The translations under genes and the position numbers were made by a program. Of a stretch of 64,000 nucleotides of DNA, positions 63,030 to 64,000 are shown piece by piece; position 1 is the first letter of the stretch; every line of letters starts with the position of its first letter. Location of the stretch: assembly GCF_004010195.1 (NCBI RefSeq), contig NC_057719.1:64674819-64738818 (forward strand), read 5' to 3'. Under the pieces are notes generated by a model. That model was not told the origin of the DNA, did not search any database, and worked only from the letters and a program-made list of their open reading frames with translations. This DNA is from Chiloscyllium plagiosum (taxonomy: Eukaryota).

Positions 63030-63577
63030 TGAAGACTAGCCTGAAGCCTCGTGAGAGACTCTTGTGTAACACATGTAACTCGTATCTGCTCCAGGATAGC
63101 AGCAGAGTAGGACTCTTCAGCTGGAGCTTGTCCGCTCTGCCTGTTTCTTTTATTTTTTTCTCTCTCTGTCTCTTCAGTTTTTTCCCTTCTGCCAGCAGCC
63201 CGGAGTGGAGTGGGGGGGGTGGTGGCAGTGGCCCAGGACAGAGAAGGGACAGTGGACAGTGGGCCTGGAGCAAAGATGGCGACTGGTTGGGAACCAGTGG
63301 AGACCTGTCATACCATGTGACAACCCTTACAGAAAGACTAGCATGAGCCTATCTTCTTCGATTTATTTCTTATTTTCTTAATTTATACTCTGTATAGATG
63401 TTGTGTAACTTGTAAAAAAAATTTTCTTTTTTTTTTGGACCTAAGATTTGTATCTAAGTAAATTGTACCTAAGATAGCACCGTGTGTTGGTGATACTGTA
63501 CACTTTTTACTGTACTCCTGTGCTTTTGTAACTTTAGTACACGTTGCAATAAATCTAATTCGAATTCTAATTCTAAT
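63030..63577 (+). mobile_element. Unclassified retroposon-like repeat
   Basis: GC-richer head; ends actgtactcctg..gtacacgttgcAATAAAtctaattcgaattctaattctaa (polyA signal plus microsatellite tail). Confidence 0.4.
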
Positions 63578-63904
63578 GTAATGAGACTATCTATTAACTA
63601 CTTTGTAATATGTATACTCTGTTTATCAAGACTGAGCCTGTCTTCTGCCTAAGATGTTGTGTGACCATCCTTCCCTGTTTGGTATCAGTAGCTTAGAATA
63701 ATGCCAAGGATAAAAATTGGTGATAGGGAATCCCCCTACAATATATAAGATAGTGCCAGTGGATATGACTATAACATGTACCATGCAAGCCTCAAAAAGG
63801 TGGGAGTAAAAGTAGGCCATGTGTCTGTTCCGCTGTTAATAAGATCATGGCTGATCTGATAGTCCTCAATTCCACATTGCCTTTTCCCAAACTCTAAATT
63901 CCTT

Positions 63905-64000
63905 CAGGAGAAAGCGAGGACTGCAGATGCTGGAGATCAGATTTGAAAAGTGTGGTGCTGGAAAAGCATAGCCAGTCAGGCAGCATCCGAGGAGCAGAAG
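63905..64000 (-). mobile_element. Penelope terminal repeat (cut by window end), next to a CR1 3' end at ~63800-63900
   Basis: ggagaaagcgaggactgcagatgctggagatcaga..gtggtgctggaaaagc is the reverse complement of the tail type at 35470-35532. Confidence 0.8.

Overview
This is AT-rich, repeat-dominated vertebrate DNA, very probably from a shark. That inference rests on tRNA-headed HE1-type SINEs whose 3' tails match co-resident CR1/HER1-type LINEs, plus abundant Penelope-like elements. I recognise no host protein-coding exon, rRNA, tRNA gene or CRISPR array; every recognisable ORF is a decayed transposon fragment. The main structure is a nest at ~38.1-48.8 kb. A near full-length minus-strand CR1 is split by a Gmr1-type Ty3/gypsy LTR element (40557-46809, 4-bp TSD CTTG, integrase upstream of RT), which itself contains an unrelated solo-LTR-like insert. 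A Penelope GIY-YIG copy sits 5 bp beyond the gypsy TSD. The most striking recurring signal is a set of short Penelope-derived fold-back insertions with exact 14-15 bp target-site duplications, plus about a dozen degenerate minimal hammerhead-ribozyme motifs. Also present: Tigger/pogo transposase and MITE relics, an RTE fragment, a second heavily decayed gypsy, and a 499-N gap. I see no clearly new biological system. All calls come from reading motifs by eye; family names and most boundaries are approximate.
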